NCBI GenBank assembly: GCA_946965045.2
Contig: OX337237.1
Coordinates: 62,001-126,000, forward strand
Direction: 5' to 3'
Length of the DNA stretch: 64,000 nt
DNA from: Epithemia pelagica
Taxonomy: Eukaryota; Protista; Bacillariophyta
The notes under the pieces were generated by a model. The model was not told the DNA's origin, made no database searches, and was given only the letters and a program-made list of their open reading frames with translations. Numbering within the stretch: position 1 is the stretch's first letter; the number at the start of each line of letters is the position of its first letter. A program made the position numbers and the translations under genes. Below are positions 52,467 through 64,000 of this stretch, piece after piece.

Positions 52467-54614
52467 CAGCCCAGCTGGTGGCGGACCACAACCATTCTTG
52501 CACACTCTCTACTACGTATCCCACGCGATCCAACCTTCATTCATTCAACCATCCACCGTGCTATATTATATACATGTTCTCTTGCGCCAATCACCGAGAC
52601 TGTGAATATGTGTCTCCAAATCCCCGTTCCACACGTTTTTCTATAAATCATGGATCCCCATATCTACAAACCACCACCAGCAGCAGCACACCACTGGCAC
52701 GTGTGGTCGCCTCGAAACTCCCTCTGTGTGCCCGTTTCGAATCCTATTCCAATACTACTACTAATAGAAAACGAGTTTGTGTGCATCACTTCACAGTAGT
52801 TACCTCTAGAGGTATATTGCAGAGGGTCGTTTGCTTCGAGGTGGAACCAGGACAACTGACGTAGAGCAGGACGTTCCAACCAAAAGTTCCTCGAATCCTC
52901 TTTATGTCAATACTTTTCCTAATTCCAAGAACACGAGTTTGTGTGGATCGTTCCAGTTCCCTAGTAGAGGTCTATTACTATTAGCATGAGGTTCTTCTTG
53001 TGCTGCGAACCTGCGGAACCAGAACGACTGCCTTAGGACGTTCCAACCGAACGGACCAAGGTGGCTTGTGAATCGGTCCGTTCCTTCCTGTTCGGATGGA
53101 TCTTTGCAACACTAGAGATTCCGAAAAGGGTCCGTTCCAACCAACACCTTGTCCATCACAAACCCATTGTGATACACACATGTTTCCTGGGCTGCTGCTC
53201 GTGTCTTGTGGTGTCGTCCTCTTTCTCACAGTCTCGAACGTCCATTCGGAAATGACACGAATCTGGGGTGGGTGTGCCGTTTCGTGGAGTACATTCCCAA
53301 TCGCTTCCGGTGGAGAGCGTTTGACACAAGGCACTCCATGAAACATGACAACCAACCATACTGTACCTTATAATGTTGTTGGTGGTGTGGTGTTGACGCT
53401 TGCCGAACCAACACACACTCTAGTGTTCGACACTGGTTTCTCGGTACGCGGAACGAGTCTCTTGTGTTTTCGTCGTTGTCGTCGTCCAAAGGATCGTTGT
53501 GGTATCCTCCCACGGTAATACTGCGTTCATTGCACACACCAGCGGGGGGTCGGGAGAGGGTCCAACGGACACTATCCACCTGCCGCTGTTGTGTGCAATG
53601 GACGCAGGGACTGTGCAAGAAGGGCATGCAATGGGGTGAGTCATGCTGTTGTTCGTGCTGGTATCAATTCATCTGTTGGGTTCTCTCTATCCGTCCGTCC
53701 TTCTTGGTGATTAGAAGCTTGTGGTGTTGCGGTGGGTGTGGATCGTCCCTTCGGCCGTTCGGTGTCATGGTATCTTCAGCCAATAGTTCCCCAATCAGTG
53801 GTTGCGAGTTGCGATGGTAAAAGAATAAGAGGAGCTAATTTTGAATTTTAGTAGCTGGGTAAACAGTACAGTCTCTGTCCACTCCCAAGCAGGTCTTAGT
53901 CGCACAGCATACATATTTATTCCTTCCTGGGCGGGAATCCGGTATTTATATCGCTTGGGCGTACGGATCTGTCATCCAAAACGGCGCCAGGCATGCCAAA
54001 ACCATTGTGGCTCGCGCGAGAGCGCACCTCGAGCCTCTTCCGTCTCATTTTTTCAGCGAGACCGTAGGTCTACGGTTTGTGCCGACAACAACCAAATTAT
54101 CGTCGTCCGTTCCATCCTTACTCGTTGTGGTTGGTAGACATGTCCCTCCTCCTCCTCCTTTTCTGGCTTGGTACATGTCCCTCTTCAGTCTGGCATGGTA
54201 CATGTCCCTCCTCCTTTCGCGTACTACATTTGCGTGTTTTGCTTCGGACAATGACGCAGGAATGGTGTGCCCTTCTCCAAGAATCGACGAGATGAGAAAA
54301 CTACAATCCATATATACCGAGGCGATTGGTCGGTCGGGAGGAACAAACAAGGAGGGACACTACTACTTGTACGAGAGCCAAGCCTTGGTGTGGCAGACGA
54401 TTCGACGACACGTTCGTTCGTTCGTTGCGCTGTTGAATGGTTGTTTGTTTGCTTGCTTGTGGCCAAGAAGGAGCCGCCGCCAGGATGATACTGCCGACAG
54501 ACAGCAACACCAACCATCACAACGAGCCAAGAGAACGTAGTACTACACCTAGTACTACAACTCGCTGTTCTCGTCCATGGTTTCAGTGGAACCCTCTGCG
54601 GCTGAAGGACCCGC

Positions 54615-56748
54615 ATGCCAGAAGAGAACAATCTTTGTTGCAATGCTGGAACCATCACCCTAAATCAGAAAGGCTATTTCGGTACATATCCAGAGGCCAT
54701 GTGGTATAATCCTCATGGTATTGCAAATATTATATCTCTTTCTAATGCTTCAAAATATTACACCATCACCCTCGATCAACAAGGCTTTCGGCTGTCTACT
54801 GGGAATGGATCTGAACTTCTATTTTGGCCTAACCTTCAGGGTTTATATCAATACCACATTCCGACTAATTCTACCCCGGACATCTGGGCCTTTGTCCAAA
54901 CTGTTAAGAACAAAATGGAAGGCTATACGCCTCGCGAAATCAACCGAGCTAAGCTTGCACGGCGCCTCCAAAATATCATCATGCGCCCTGCCTCACGTGC
55001 CTTATACAAAAAGCTCATCCCCCATCTTGAGGGCTGTCCTGTGACTTACAAAGATGTTCAGATTGTCGATGATATCTATGGCCCCAATCTTGGGAGCCTG
55101 AAAGGCAAAACCGTTCGGAAGAACAATCAACCTGTCTCCTCCGATATCGCAGGAGTCCCTTACCATGTGATGGCGAAACATCAAAACATCACGCTTGCCA
55201 TTGATGTCATGTTCATCAACAAAATTCCCTTCTTTATCACCCTCTCACGTGGGTTGCATTTTGGCACCGTCGAAGCCATTCGAGATCGTGAGGTTTCCAC
55301 CATTGTCAGGCGGCTCACCACCATCATACGACTGTATACCCTTCGCGGTTTTCACATCACCGTCATTTTGGCTGATCCTGAGTTTGAACCCTTGCGTCGC
55401 TCCTTCCCTCAGCTCAATACCTGCGCAGCCGATGAACACGTTCCTGATATCGAACGATACATCCGCACCGTGAAGGATCGCACTCGAAGCACATATCGTA
55501 TGCTTCCTTTTCAACATGTCCCACGCATGCTCCTTGTGCACCTTGTCCGCAATTCCGTCTTTTGGTTGAATGCCTTTCCCACCGCTACCGGAATCTCTAG
55601 CGTTCATTCTCCTCGATATTTCCTTGTGGGATATGAAATCACATACCGACATCATGTCCGTCTACCGTTTGGCTCTTACGCACAGGTACATGAAGAACAC
55701 GACAACCGGATGGTTGATCGCACCACCGGCGGGATCTGCCTTGGTCCCACTGGCAACCGTCAAGGCAGTCACTGGTTCCTCAGCGTTGCTACGGGGCAGC
55801 GCCTCATCCGTCGCAACTGGACTGAGCTTCCTATGCCTCGCGAGGTCTTTGCCCAAATCAGCGCCCTTGGAAGAACTCAACGTATGCCATGCACCCTTAC
55901 ATTTGCTGATCGACATGGACACGAGATTCTTGAACCCTTGCACGTGCTTCACCCTGACGCTGTTTCCAGTACTACCAACAGTTCTGATGACAGTTCCTAC
56001 CATCCCTCCCTCCCTCCCTTCCTCCGACGATTCCTCCTCGTCTTCGGAACCCTCCTCTGCCGACGACAACTCCGACGGTTCTGATCTCGATCACAACCCT
56101 CCTAAACTCACCGGCGTGGATCCACCTCTCACAGGAGTGACAGATGCCAATACAAATGACAAACAATGCATTGAGCACAATGCTGTTGCCATTGACAAAC
56201 AATGCATCGCCCGTATACAAGCTGATAACCTCGCCCCTCCAGCGGAAGATGATGAAATCACAGGAGTGGACAAAGATGATGAAATCACAGGAGTGGATGC
56301 AAATGATAAAATCACAGGAGTGGAGGAAAATCAACTTGAAGAAAATGATCAATGGATCCAATCCAAAATCGACCAACTCTATGAACTTGATAGTGATGAT
56401 GAGTATGATGAATTACAAAATGAAAAGAATGATCAAATGGCTCGCGAACAATCAACGGCTGATGCCATTTCCACCAGTGATGAAAGCAGTGATGATGCGA
56501 GGGAACAACCCACCAAATGCGATCGATTCCAGCAAGCCAAAGAATCCGGGCGCGAAGCTGCCAATCAATCGACTCAAAGACGATCACGCCGCAGGCGACA
56601 AAGCAAAAGACATGACCCAAACTTTGAATACTTCATCACATTTATGGAAAAGGATGTTGAAGAGCATTTTACTTTCATGGTAACAGACGAAGGCGAAGAA
56701 ATTGTCAAATTAAACCTGAAAAGAAAGAGACAGAACTATCTTGCTTAA
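54615..56748 (+). mobile_element. Truncated Ty1/Copia (CoDi-like) pol fragment: protease end, integrase and linker; frameshifted; no RT, RNase H or LTR seen
   Basis: CNAG...GIANIISL, GSLKGKTVR, LAIDVMF, LADPEF, HVPDIERYIRTVK and FGSYAQVHE...GPTGNRQG, then ITGV linker repeats in another frame. Confidence 0.85.
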
Positions 56749-57272
56749 ACTACAGAGAGACTAAGATAGACTAGGAAACGACATAGTGGAGTTTTAAGGA
56801 CGGTTATGGAAATTATTACAGTTAGGCTGGCATTATTTTGTTCTCAGCATCCAACAAGTAGTCCTACCAACCTAAAATATATTTTTATTCTTTCTTTCTT
56901 TGAAAAGTGAGACCCACTAAGGCCAATCCTTTAGCTGAACAAAACCAATCCGTGCTGGCCGGGCCGGATTTGGTTTTGAAAATAGTGCCTAACGCCGTCC
57001 TTACGCTCTCGCCAAACCAATCCAAAGGACCGCGCCTTTTCGATTCCTGTCCACCATCCCTGCCTGCGTTCCCCCAAAATGACTTCCTTCCTTTCAATAC
57101 TAAAAATATTTGAACGTAGGACGTGCGTCTTTGGTTCACTAATTGCAATTCAATTGCGAATATCCCGTGTATGCGGTTTATCATCCTGTTATCATCCTGT
57201 TATCGTCCTGTATTGTCTCCTCCTCTCGTCTTTGTATCGTTTTCATCTCATAATTCGAAAGGATAGTTCATC

Positions 57273-58715
57273 ATGCCGCCGTCATCTGCTAATTCGTCTC
57301 CCAAGGGGTACCTAGTCAAGGAGTTTCAAAGCATTATTGCGTGGGTCATTTGGAACCATATTAATGTGAAAAACTCAATGAAGGCCAAAGCCATGGAATG
57401 TCGGTTCCATAATCTATTTCATGGTGTTTCTTCTGACCCCAAGAATATTCCCTTTGTGCAACAGTGTGCCCAAGGTTTGAGTGTCTTCAAACATCTCGTA
57501 ATTCCTGCCCCCACTGACCAACAACGTTTAACCAAAAGTCCTCCCGGGCCTTTGCAACTTCAGATTCGACCTGAACTCATTCCAGGGGCAACTGAACCCA
57601 TGTATATTGGGTTGGGACCGTCCGCAGATATTCGCCTGGTACATTTGGAAGCCGCAAACGTTACTCATTCTGGTACGGACAGAAATGCCCTTATTTCGGG
57701 TCGGACCTTGCTCCGGATGGCGAAACAAGTTTCAGCTGTGTTAAAGAAAGTACATCCTATTGTAATGGAGTGCTTGGGACCTGATGGTGAGTTCCCTTCT
57801 AGAACCAATCAAGACGACCTGTTCAAGGAGCTCATTAAGAAATTAATGAATAGGAAGAGCAAGGGACTTTTTGTCGAAGGTGCTCCAGAAGATGAAGCTC
57901 CATCGTCGAATCAAGAGACTTCAGATCCAACAGTCGCAACCTTGACACAAGGTACCCAGGCAGTTGCATCTGCTAATCGGAAAAATACAAAGGACAAGTG
58001 GACATACAAGTATATCCCCATTGCGGGTTGGTTCGCTATTGCGCTCTTCTGCCAAAACGGCATTGCCCGTAAATCGGTTGAGGATTTACTGCCGCTCCTC
58101 AAGTTTAAAGATTACGAAGGAAATGAGAAAAAGAAGCACTCGAGGTCTGCGGCAAGAAAGGAAGAAGCAGCAAGCAAGGCCCGTTCCAGAGGTGGTTGGA
58201 AACGCGTTGACTTGGCCTTGGGCGGAGTCAACACACGAGATCATCTTCTTGCTTCAATTGTGGGTTTGCTTGCGGATTCCAATTCCACAAATCAAGAAAT
58301 GGACTCCCTTGCCAGACAGAAAGATTGGTATCGCTTCTTGCAACAATCGATCAAAGGTCTTCAGTGGCGGATTGACCATTCAGTTCAGTTGGATGAGGAC
58401 TGCAGTAGATTGATTCAAGAGTTGGGCGACAAAATGAAGGAAGCGGAAGAAGTTCGCCTTGGAATGAATAAGCTAATGGACCAACAAGACAAGAATGATC
58501 GTTCCGCCGTGAAGGATACCAACGAGCGCGCACGAAAAGTCGCCAAACTTGTCGACGACTCGCTACAGGCCGACCCTGACAAACCTGCAACGGTAACCAT
58601 TGATTGCAGCAAATCTCTAGGCTCAGAATCACAAGATGAGACAACAAAGTCAACGGACAAGGATGATTGCTCTACTAATGGTAACGCATTGCAGGTAGAG
58701 AGCCACCCTGTCTGA
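57273..58715 (+). CDS. Harbinger partner ORF (480 aa, C-terminal coiled coil)
   Basis: ATG-started ORF inside the TIRs, opposite the transposase. No catalytic motif recognised. Confidence 0.75.
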   Translation: MPPSSANSSPKGYLVKEFQSIIAWVIWNHINVKNSMKAKAMECRFHNLFHGVSSDPKNIPFVQQCAQGLSVFKHLVIPAPTDQQRLTKSPPGPLQLQIRPELIPGATEPMYIGLGPSADIRLVHLEAANVTHSGTDRNALISGRTLLRMAKQVSAVLKKVHPIVMECLGPDGEFPSRTNQDDLFKELIKKLMNRKSKGLFVEGAPEDEAPSSNQETSDPTVATLTQGTQAVASANRKNTKDKWTYKYIPIAGWFAIALFCQNGIARKSVEDLLPLLKFKDYEGNEKKKHSRSAARKEEAASKARSRGGWKRVDLALGGVNTRDHLLASIVGLLADSNSTNQEMDSLARQKDWYRFLQQSIKGLQWRIDHSVQLDEDCSRLIQELGDKMKEAEEVRLGMNKLMDQQDKNDRSAVKDTNERARKVAKLVDDSLQADPDKPATVTIDCSKSLGSESQDETTKSTDKDDCSTNGNALQVESHPV

Positions 58716-58826
58716 AATATGTGGAAGTATCTGACAAGAAAGCTTTCAATCGATACCTGAGAGTCATTGCATGACGAAAGCCCTTGATACTTGGCTACAT
58801 GGTAGCAATTGCATGATGAGAGTCCT

Positions 58827-58960
58827 TGTTGCATGGAGAGATTTTACATGGAAAGCGTTTGCATCTTTGTTACATGGAGAGATTTTACATGGAAAGCGTT
58901 TGTATCTTTGGAGTTTGCTGTTGTTACATGGAGAGATTTTACATCGAGAGCATTTGCATG
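58827..58960. repeat. ~41-bp tandem repeats between the two convergent stop codons
   Basis: tgtt(g/a)catggagagattttacat(g/c)ga(a/g)agc(g/a)tttg, two full copies and one partial. Confidence 0.85.
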
Positions 58961-59114
58961 ACATGAATTGGCAGAGACATGGAATGACATAGTCGTCTCC
59001 CATACATAATTTTGCAGGACAACAATTACAAGATAACATGCATAGTCATTCATTACGTCTTTACATTAATTCATATAACGAGATTTATTTGTACTACCAG
59101 GTTGTATTCCATTT

Positions 59115-60735
59115 CTAGTTGAATGATGGCCACTGAACTGCGTTACTCTGTGCCATTAATTCAAAGTTCTCGATCAACTTCTGGCGGAACAAACGCATTG
59201 ACAACAGCCGAACAGAAATAACACCGGATTCATCACGTGCATTGTCCAATTGCTCTTCGTCAGTCATGTGGTCGCATTCATCGTCTGAATCCAAGTCAGC
59301 TTCGGCCATTTCCTCATCCGAAATTCTGTCATCACCTCGTCCCATATTGGAGGTGTCGTATCCACGTATGGCCCCAGGATCCATGAGGCGCTGAACAGCG
59401 AAAGGCACTGCAGTCTCAATATCGTCATCATCAAAATCACCCAAAGGTGTCCGCCACTCCTCGGACTCGTCCAGACCGTCGTATTCCAGTAACATGTTGT
59501 GCAAAGCACAACACGTCATCCATACACGGTCAATCGCTTCTATGCCATGGAGTCGCACACCTGACTTCAGAATGCGAAAGCGACCTTTTAGGATGCCGAA
59601 TGTACATTCTACATCTTTGCGCAATGATTCAACCCGCTCGCTGAACCGCAATTCAGCTAACGACGCTGTAGTCTTCATGGATGGAATGGTGCAAGACCAA
59701 TCCAAATACCCGTTGTCAACAAGTAACCAAGCTCCCTTGTATCGGACATTGTTTATTCGTCCGTCCTGTCCCCGTTCTTTCAACGTAAATTGTAGATTGT
59801 CCAATTCTACTGATTTTCCATAGCGCAGAGTGGTTGCGAGCTCGTCGTAGCGAACTAGTGTCTTATCATTCCATCGTGCGGGGTGCCCATTTGTTGTACT
59901 CAAAATACAATGGCGATTTGTTGCTGCAATGTTGTACGTTCGTGCAGTGGATGACTGCTTGAATCCAGTGTGATCTTGTTTCATATTGTTGCAAATTCTT
60001 TCGCCCACAATATTGGTGGCATCCATCGATCCCATACATCCCATCATGCCCGCATTTTCGTAGTCCGAAGATCTGGCATCACTGGCGGTTTGGGGAATTG
60101 CTACATACATTTTGAAGAGGATAGTGCTTCCAAACTCAATGTAGCGATGAAAAAAAACAACGGTGAACTTCACCGCATACTCCTGTACACTCCTCCAAGT
60201 CATCAAATGTCCAACCCCTGCCCAAATATCGCAGTGCACCTAGAACCAGTAGTTCAATGGGCGATTTGTCCGCAATTTCTTGCTGGAAAGTTTCCCCATC
60301 ACCTTCTCTCCAACGGGCAAAAAAGGGAAGATGGGCGTCGTCGTTAACAACGGACAAATGTTGGAGGAACGCAGCGAATGGTAGTCGAAACCTCAAACGA
60401 AACTTGTTGAGAAATTTGGGATCGTCGGGACGAGGGTGAACAACGTAGGTGAGGTACCAGGGGGACATCGTCGCAGTCATGGCTACCACATTGCCATTTT
60501 CGTCCCGTACAAACATCTTCGCATTTGCATCGCGATTCCGGGGAATCGATCCACCCGATGGTTGCGCAGGGAAATTGTCAACGTCGGTGGAGACTTGAGA
60601 ATCATCGTTGCAAATGATCGCAGTAGCCGCAGCAACAATATGGGCTTGTTGAGATGCGATCCGACGCCTCTTATCAATCCAGTCTTCCTCATCAGCATAA
60701 CAATCTTCATTGTCAGAATCCGCCATGGTGGACAT
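59115..60735 (-). pseudogene. Harbinger transposase (Plant_tran/DDE_Tnp_4-like) with a +1 frameshift in a homopolymer
   Basis: GSMDAT, LVDNGY and RKDVECTFGILKGRF (D-D-E). The A8 run at 60150-60157 breaks HRCFF/HRYI; A7 would be in frame. Confidence 0.88.
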
Positions 60736-60834
60736 ATACAAAAGACAAAAGGGACTAATACCTAGGTAAGTGGAAAGGCAGGACGAGAAAGTGAGGCCAA
60801 AAAGGGCGCGAAAGCTCTATTCCTAATGAATTTC

Positions 60835-60875
60835 CTGGATTTGTTCGAACAAATCCAGAGTTCTGGATTTGTTCG
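60835..60875. promoter_or_regulatory. 24-bp perfect palindrome plus a third half-site upstream of the transposase
   Basis: ctggatttgttc-gaacaaatccag (60835-60858) and ctggatttgttcg (60863-60875). Confidence 0.6.
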
Positions 60876-61714
60876 GAAATGCTCTTTTACCCGGATATAT
60901 GACGTAAACGTGACGCAAAATGCTGACGTGCACGCAATCTCGATTTGGTTTTGCGAGCTAAAGGATTGGCCTAAGAGGTAAATCTACCCTAAAGGGACCC
61001 GGAGGTCATATGACGTGTTCAGATAGGTCGAGAGACCCGGAAAAAAGGCCCTTGAGAGGAACCTGGATGTAGTGCGTTTTGCTCACCTATAGTCGCATGA
61101 TTGGAGGTTAACTTGATAGGACTCTTTATAGGGACCCGGAGGTCGAAGGATCACGTCGGTGAATCCCGTCAGATGACACTTCTGCCGGTCGCAGGTTTGA
61201 CCACGCACAATCACTCTTGCACACATGTGCCAAAACACGCACACCTCCAAGACACAATGAAAGAGAAGAATAGTTAGTTTCACAATTGATTGTATTTTCG
61301 AAAAAAATTGCATGTTTTGGGACGAAATTTGTTGCTTGATTTTCAGAGGACACGTTCTGGGAAGAAATTTTATCTTTTTGGTGTTTACCGAAGAGAGGGG
61401 TGGTTGCGATGATCGGGTTCCCGGTCACGTTCCATCACGTGCCGGAAAAAGGCCTATTTAGGCCTTTTCCAAATATGGCATCCATCACCCTCGAGTATCT
61501 GACGTCAGCCCCAACAGCTGAAGCATTCTTTATGGGTTGAGCTGGGATCAGAACAGCCCACAATTCACAGGTTTTCGCTAACCCATCGCGAACACGAGTC
61601 GAATTTTTTTTACGAAGGCCACGGGTTGTTTCTCCTTGACCGGGAAACCACGAGTTGTGTTACCTACAAAGCGTCCACCTCCCCCCCCTTTTGTTGGTGA
61701 ATTTTTAAACGACC

Positions 61715-63322
61715 ATGAACTGCTTGTGCTGTCCCGTCGGAATAGCCACCAACCCGAAGTTTAAATTCAGCTTCCAAACCAATCCAGATGTGGCATGTCC
61801 ACCCTGCCCCAACAAAACTACGACACCTAGCAAGGGTAAAACTATTTACCCAAGGCTTGAATTCGACTACGACAAAGCCCCACCAAAACCAGCTGTTGAA
61901 CCACCTTTACCAACTTATGAAGCCGCTCAAAATCATATTCCGAATCCATACCTGAACTCTAAGCTATCACACGAGAAGATCCTAGCCATTCGTGAGAAAT
62001 CGACGCTGTCGCCCGACAAACTCCATAACATCGACTATGCACAGGATGCTGGAGTGTACCCCGAGTCTTTCCCATACTATGTACGTGGAAGGGATAGCCT
62101 ACGCACGCACATCACCAAGCTATTCAACAGTCGAATCGCCATGTTTGATGGTGGCATGGGTACAATGATTGAAATCCAAAAGTACGGAAGGAACAATCAA
62201 CTTGGTGAAACCGAGTTCAGGGGCGAACGCTTCAAGGATTGGACCTGCAACGTCGAGGGCAACAACGATTTGCTGTCAATCACCCAGCCTCAGATCATCC
62301 GCAACATCTACCGTGGCTGCTTGGAGGAGGGAGGCTGCGACATCATCGGGACTAACACTTACTTATCAACCACGATCGCCATGGCCGACTACGAGATGGA
62401 GGCATACGCGTATGAGTTAAACTACGAGGGAGCCCGTCTTGCCCGTGAGGCCTGTGACGAGGTCACAGCGAAAGACCCAACCAAGCCCCGCTTTGTAGTT
62501 GGTACGATCGGTCCAACGAACAAAACTGGATCGATTTCACCCAACTCCGACGATCCTTCCGATCGTAATGTGACCTTCGACGAGTTAGTGGAGGCATACT
62601 TTGAACAGGTTGTTGGTCTCGTTGATGGTGGAGTTGACATTTTGATGGTCGAGACCGTGTTCGATACGTTGAACGCAAAGGCCGCTGTTTACGCGATTGG
62701 TGAGTTCTTAGAGATGAGCGGATTGGACATCCCTGTCTTTATATCTGTAACTCTTGTGCACGAGTCCGGTCGTACGCTTTCGGGTCAGACCGTCGAGGCA
62801 TTCTACGCATCGATCCGTCACGCGAAGCCAATGTGTGTGGGCTTGTACTGCGGTTACGGAGTCTCGCAGATCACCCGGGATGTTGAAAAATTCGCGAAGA
62901 CCGCGGAATGCTTCGTTCATGTGTACGCAAACACCAGCCGACCAAACGAAAAAGGCGAATACGATGACACGCCCGAGATGATGGCAGATCATAATGAATT
63001 GCTCTTCAAGAACGGCTTGCTGAATATGGTCGGAGGGTTTTCCACACCTGCTCATCTCAAGGCAATTCGTGAAGTCTCGGAGAAATACGCACCTCGGAAG
63101 CTTCCTGACGTCGGTCGTCCGAAAATGTGGCTGTCCGGCCTGGAAGATTTGGTTGTTGAGGACGTACACAACCATCTTGGATACCCCTTCTTGAATGTAG
63201 GAGAGCGTTGCAACATCTCTGGTTCGATGAGGTTCAAGAAACTCATGATGGCTGGCGATTATGGAACTGCAATGGACATTGCGAGGAAGCAGGTTGTGGA
63301 CGGTGCGCATGTGATTGACATT
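61715..63322 (+). pseudogene. METH: Truncated, diverged cobalamin-dependent methionine synthase (Hcy domain and start of the pterin domain)
   Basis: FDGGMGTM, GNNDLLSITQP, GPTNKTGSISP, ETVFDTLNAKAA, SGRTLSGQT and NVGERCNISGS. Homology stops at GAHVIDI where Harbinger DNA begins; the ORF runs on to a stop at 63502. Confidence 0.9.
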
Positions 63323-64000
63323 GTTGCAAATTCTTTCGCCCACAATATTGGTGGCATCCATCGATCCCATACATCCCATCATGCCCGCATTTTCGTAGTC
63401 CGAAGATCTGGCATCACTGGCGGTTTGGGGAATTGCTACATACATTTTGAAGAGGATAGTGCTTCCAAACTCAATGTAGCGATGAAAAAAAAACAACGGT
63501 GAACTTCACCGCATACTCCTGTACACTCCTCCAAGTCATCAAATGTCCAACCCCTGCCCAAATATCGCAGTGCACCTAGAACCAGTAGTTCAATGGGCGA
63601 TTTGTCCGCAATTTCTTGCTGGAAAGTTTCCCCAGCACCTTCTCTCCAACGGGCAAAAAAGGGAAGATGGGCGTCGTCGTTAACAACGGACAAATGTTGG
63701 AGGAACGCAGCGAATGGTAGTCGAAACCTCAAACGAAACTTGTTGAGAAATTTGGGATCGTCGGGACGAGGGTGAACAACGTAGGTGAGGTACCAGGGGG
63801 ACATCGTCGCAGTCATGGCTACCACATTGCCATTTTCGTCCCGTACAAACATATTCGCATTTGCATCGCGATTCCGGGGAATCGATCCACCCGATGGTTG
63901 CGCAGGGAAATTGTCAACGTCGGTGGAGACTTGAGAATCATCGTTGCAAATGATCGCAGTAGCCGCAGCAACAATATGGGCTTGTTGAGATGCGATCCGA
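63320..64000 (-). mobile_element. Second, internally truncated copy of the 56921-60971 Harbinger (continues past the window end)
   Basis: Near-identical to 59985-60665, with two substitutions and A9 versus A8 seen. Begins mid-transposase with no TIR. Confidence 0.97.

Larger units (their letters stand above)
56921..60971. mobile_element. PIF/Harbinger DNA transposon (second family) with two convergent genes
   Basis: Perfect 16-bp TIR GGCCAATCCTTTAGCT extending imperfectly to ~27 bp. TSD TAA at 56918-56920 and 60972-60974. Confidence 0.95.

Noticed and set aside
53800-56920. Full-length LTR retrotransposon
   Set aside because: No paired LTRs, PBS, gag, RT or RNase H could be found.
63323-63502. 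METH-transposase fusion protein
   Set aside because: The last ~60 codons are the antisense strand of the transposase and carry no domain; this is read-through to the first stop.

Overview
Eukaryotic genomic DNA, most likely from a diatom. This is an inference from short GT-AG introns of 85-113 bp, four DUF6824-type genes, a CoDi-like Copia pol fragment and a METH gene with a long N-terminal extension. I found no rRNA, tRNA or CRISPR array. Positions 1-27 kb hold low-complexity-rich host genes: four minus-strand DUF6824-family genes, a PhyH-type dioxygenase, a triple NTF2/SnoaL-like protein, an ankyrin gene and a possible silicalemma-type membrane protein. The right half is rich in transposons. 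It contains an intact two-gene PIF/Harbinger element (27635-30720, CAG TSD), a second Harbinger family (56921-60971, TAA TSD) with a truncated near-identical copy from 63320, and a frameshifted Copia integrase fragment. It also contains a diverged METH copy that has lost two zinc-ligand cysteines and is cut off by Harbinger DNA. The best candidate for an undescribed system is a ~7.7 kb Ginger-like element (~36983-44633). It encodes an HHCC-DDE integrase fused to a 31-heptad repeat and an Ulp1-type protease, followed by an SH3-like/CXC segment. It also carries a convergent gene with a TET/JBP-like 2OG-Fe(II) dioxygenase domain, so it may be a transposon with its own anti-silencing enzymes. All family assignments come from motif recognition by eye and need profile searches.
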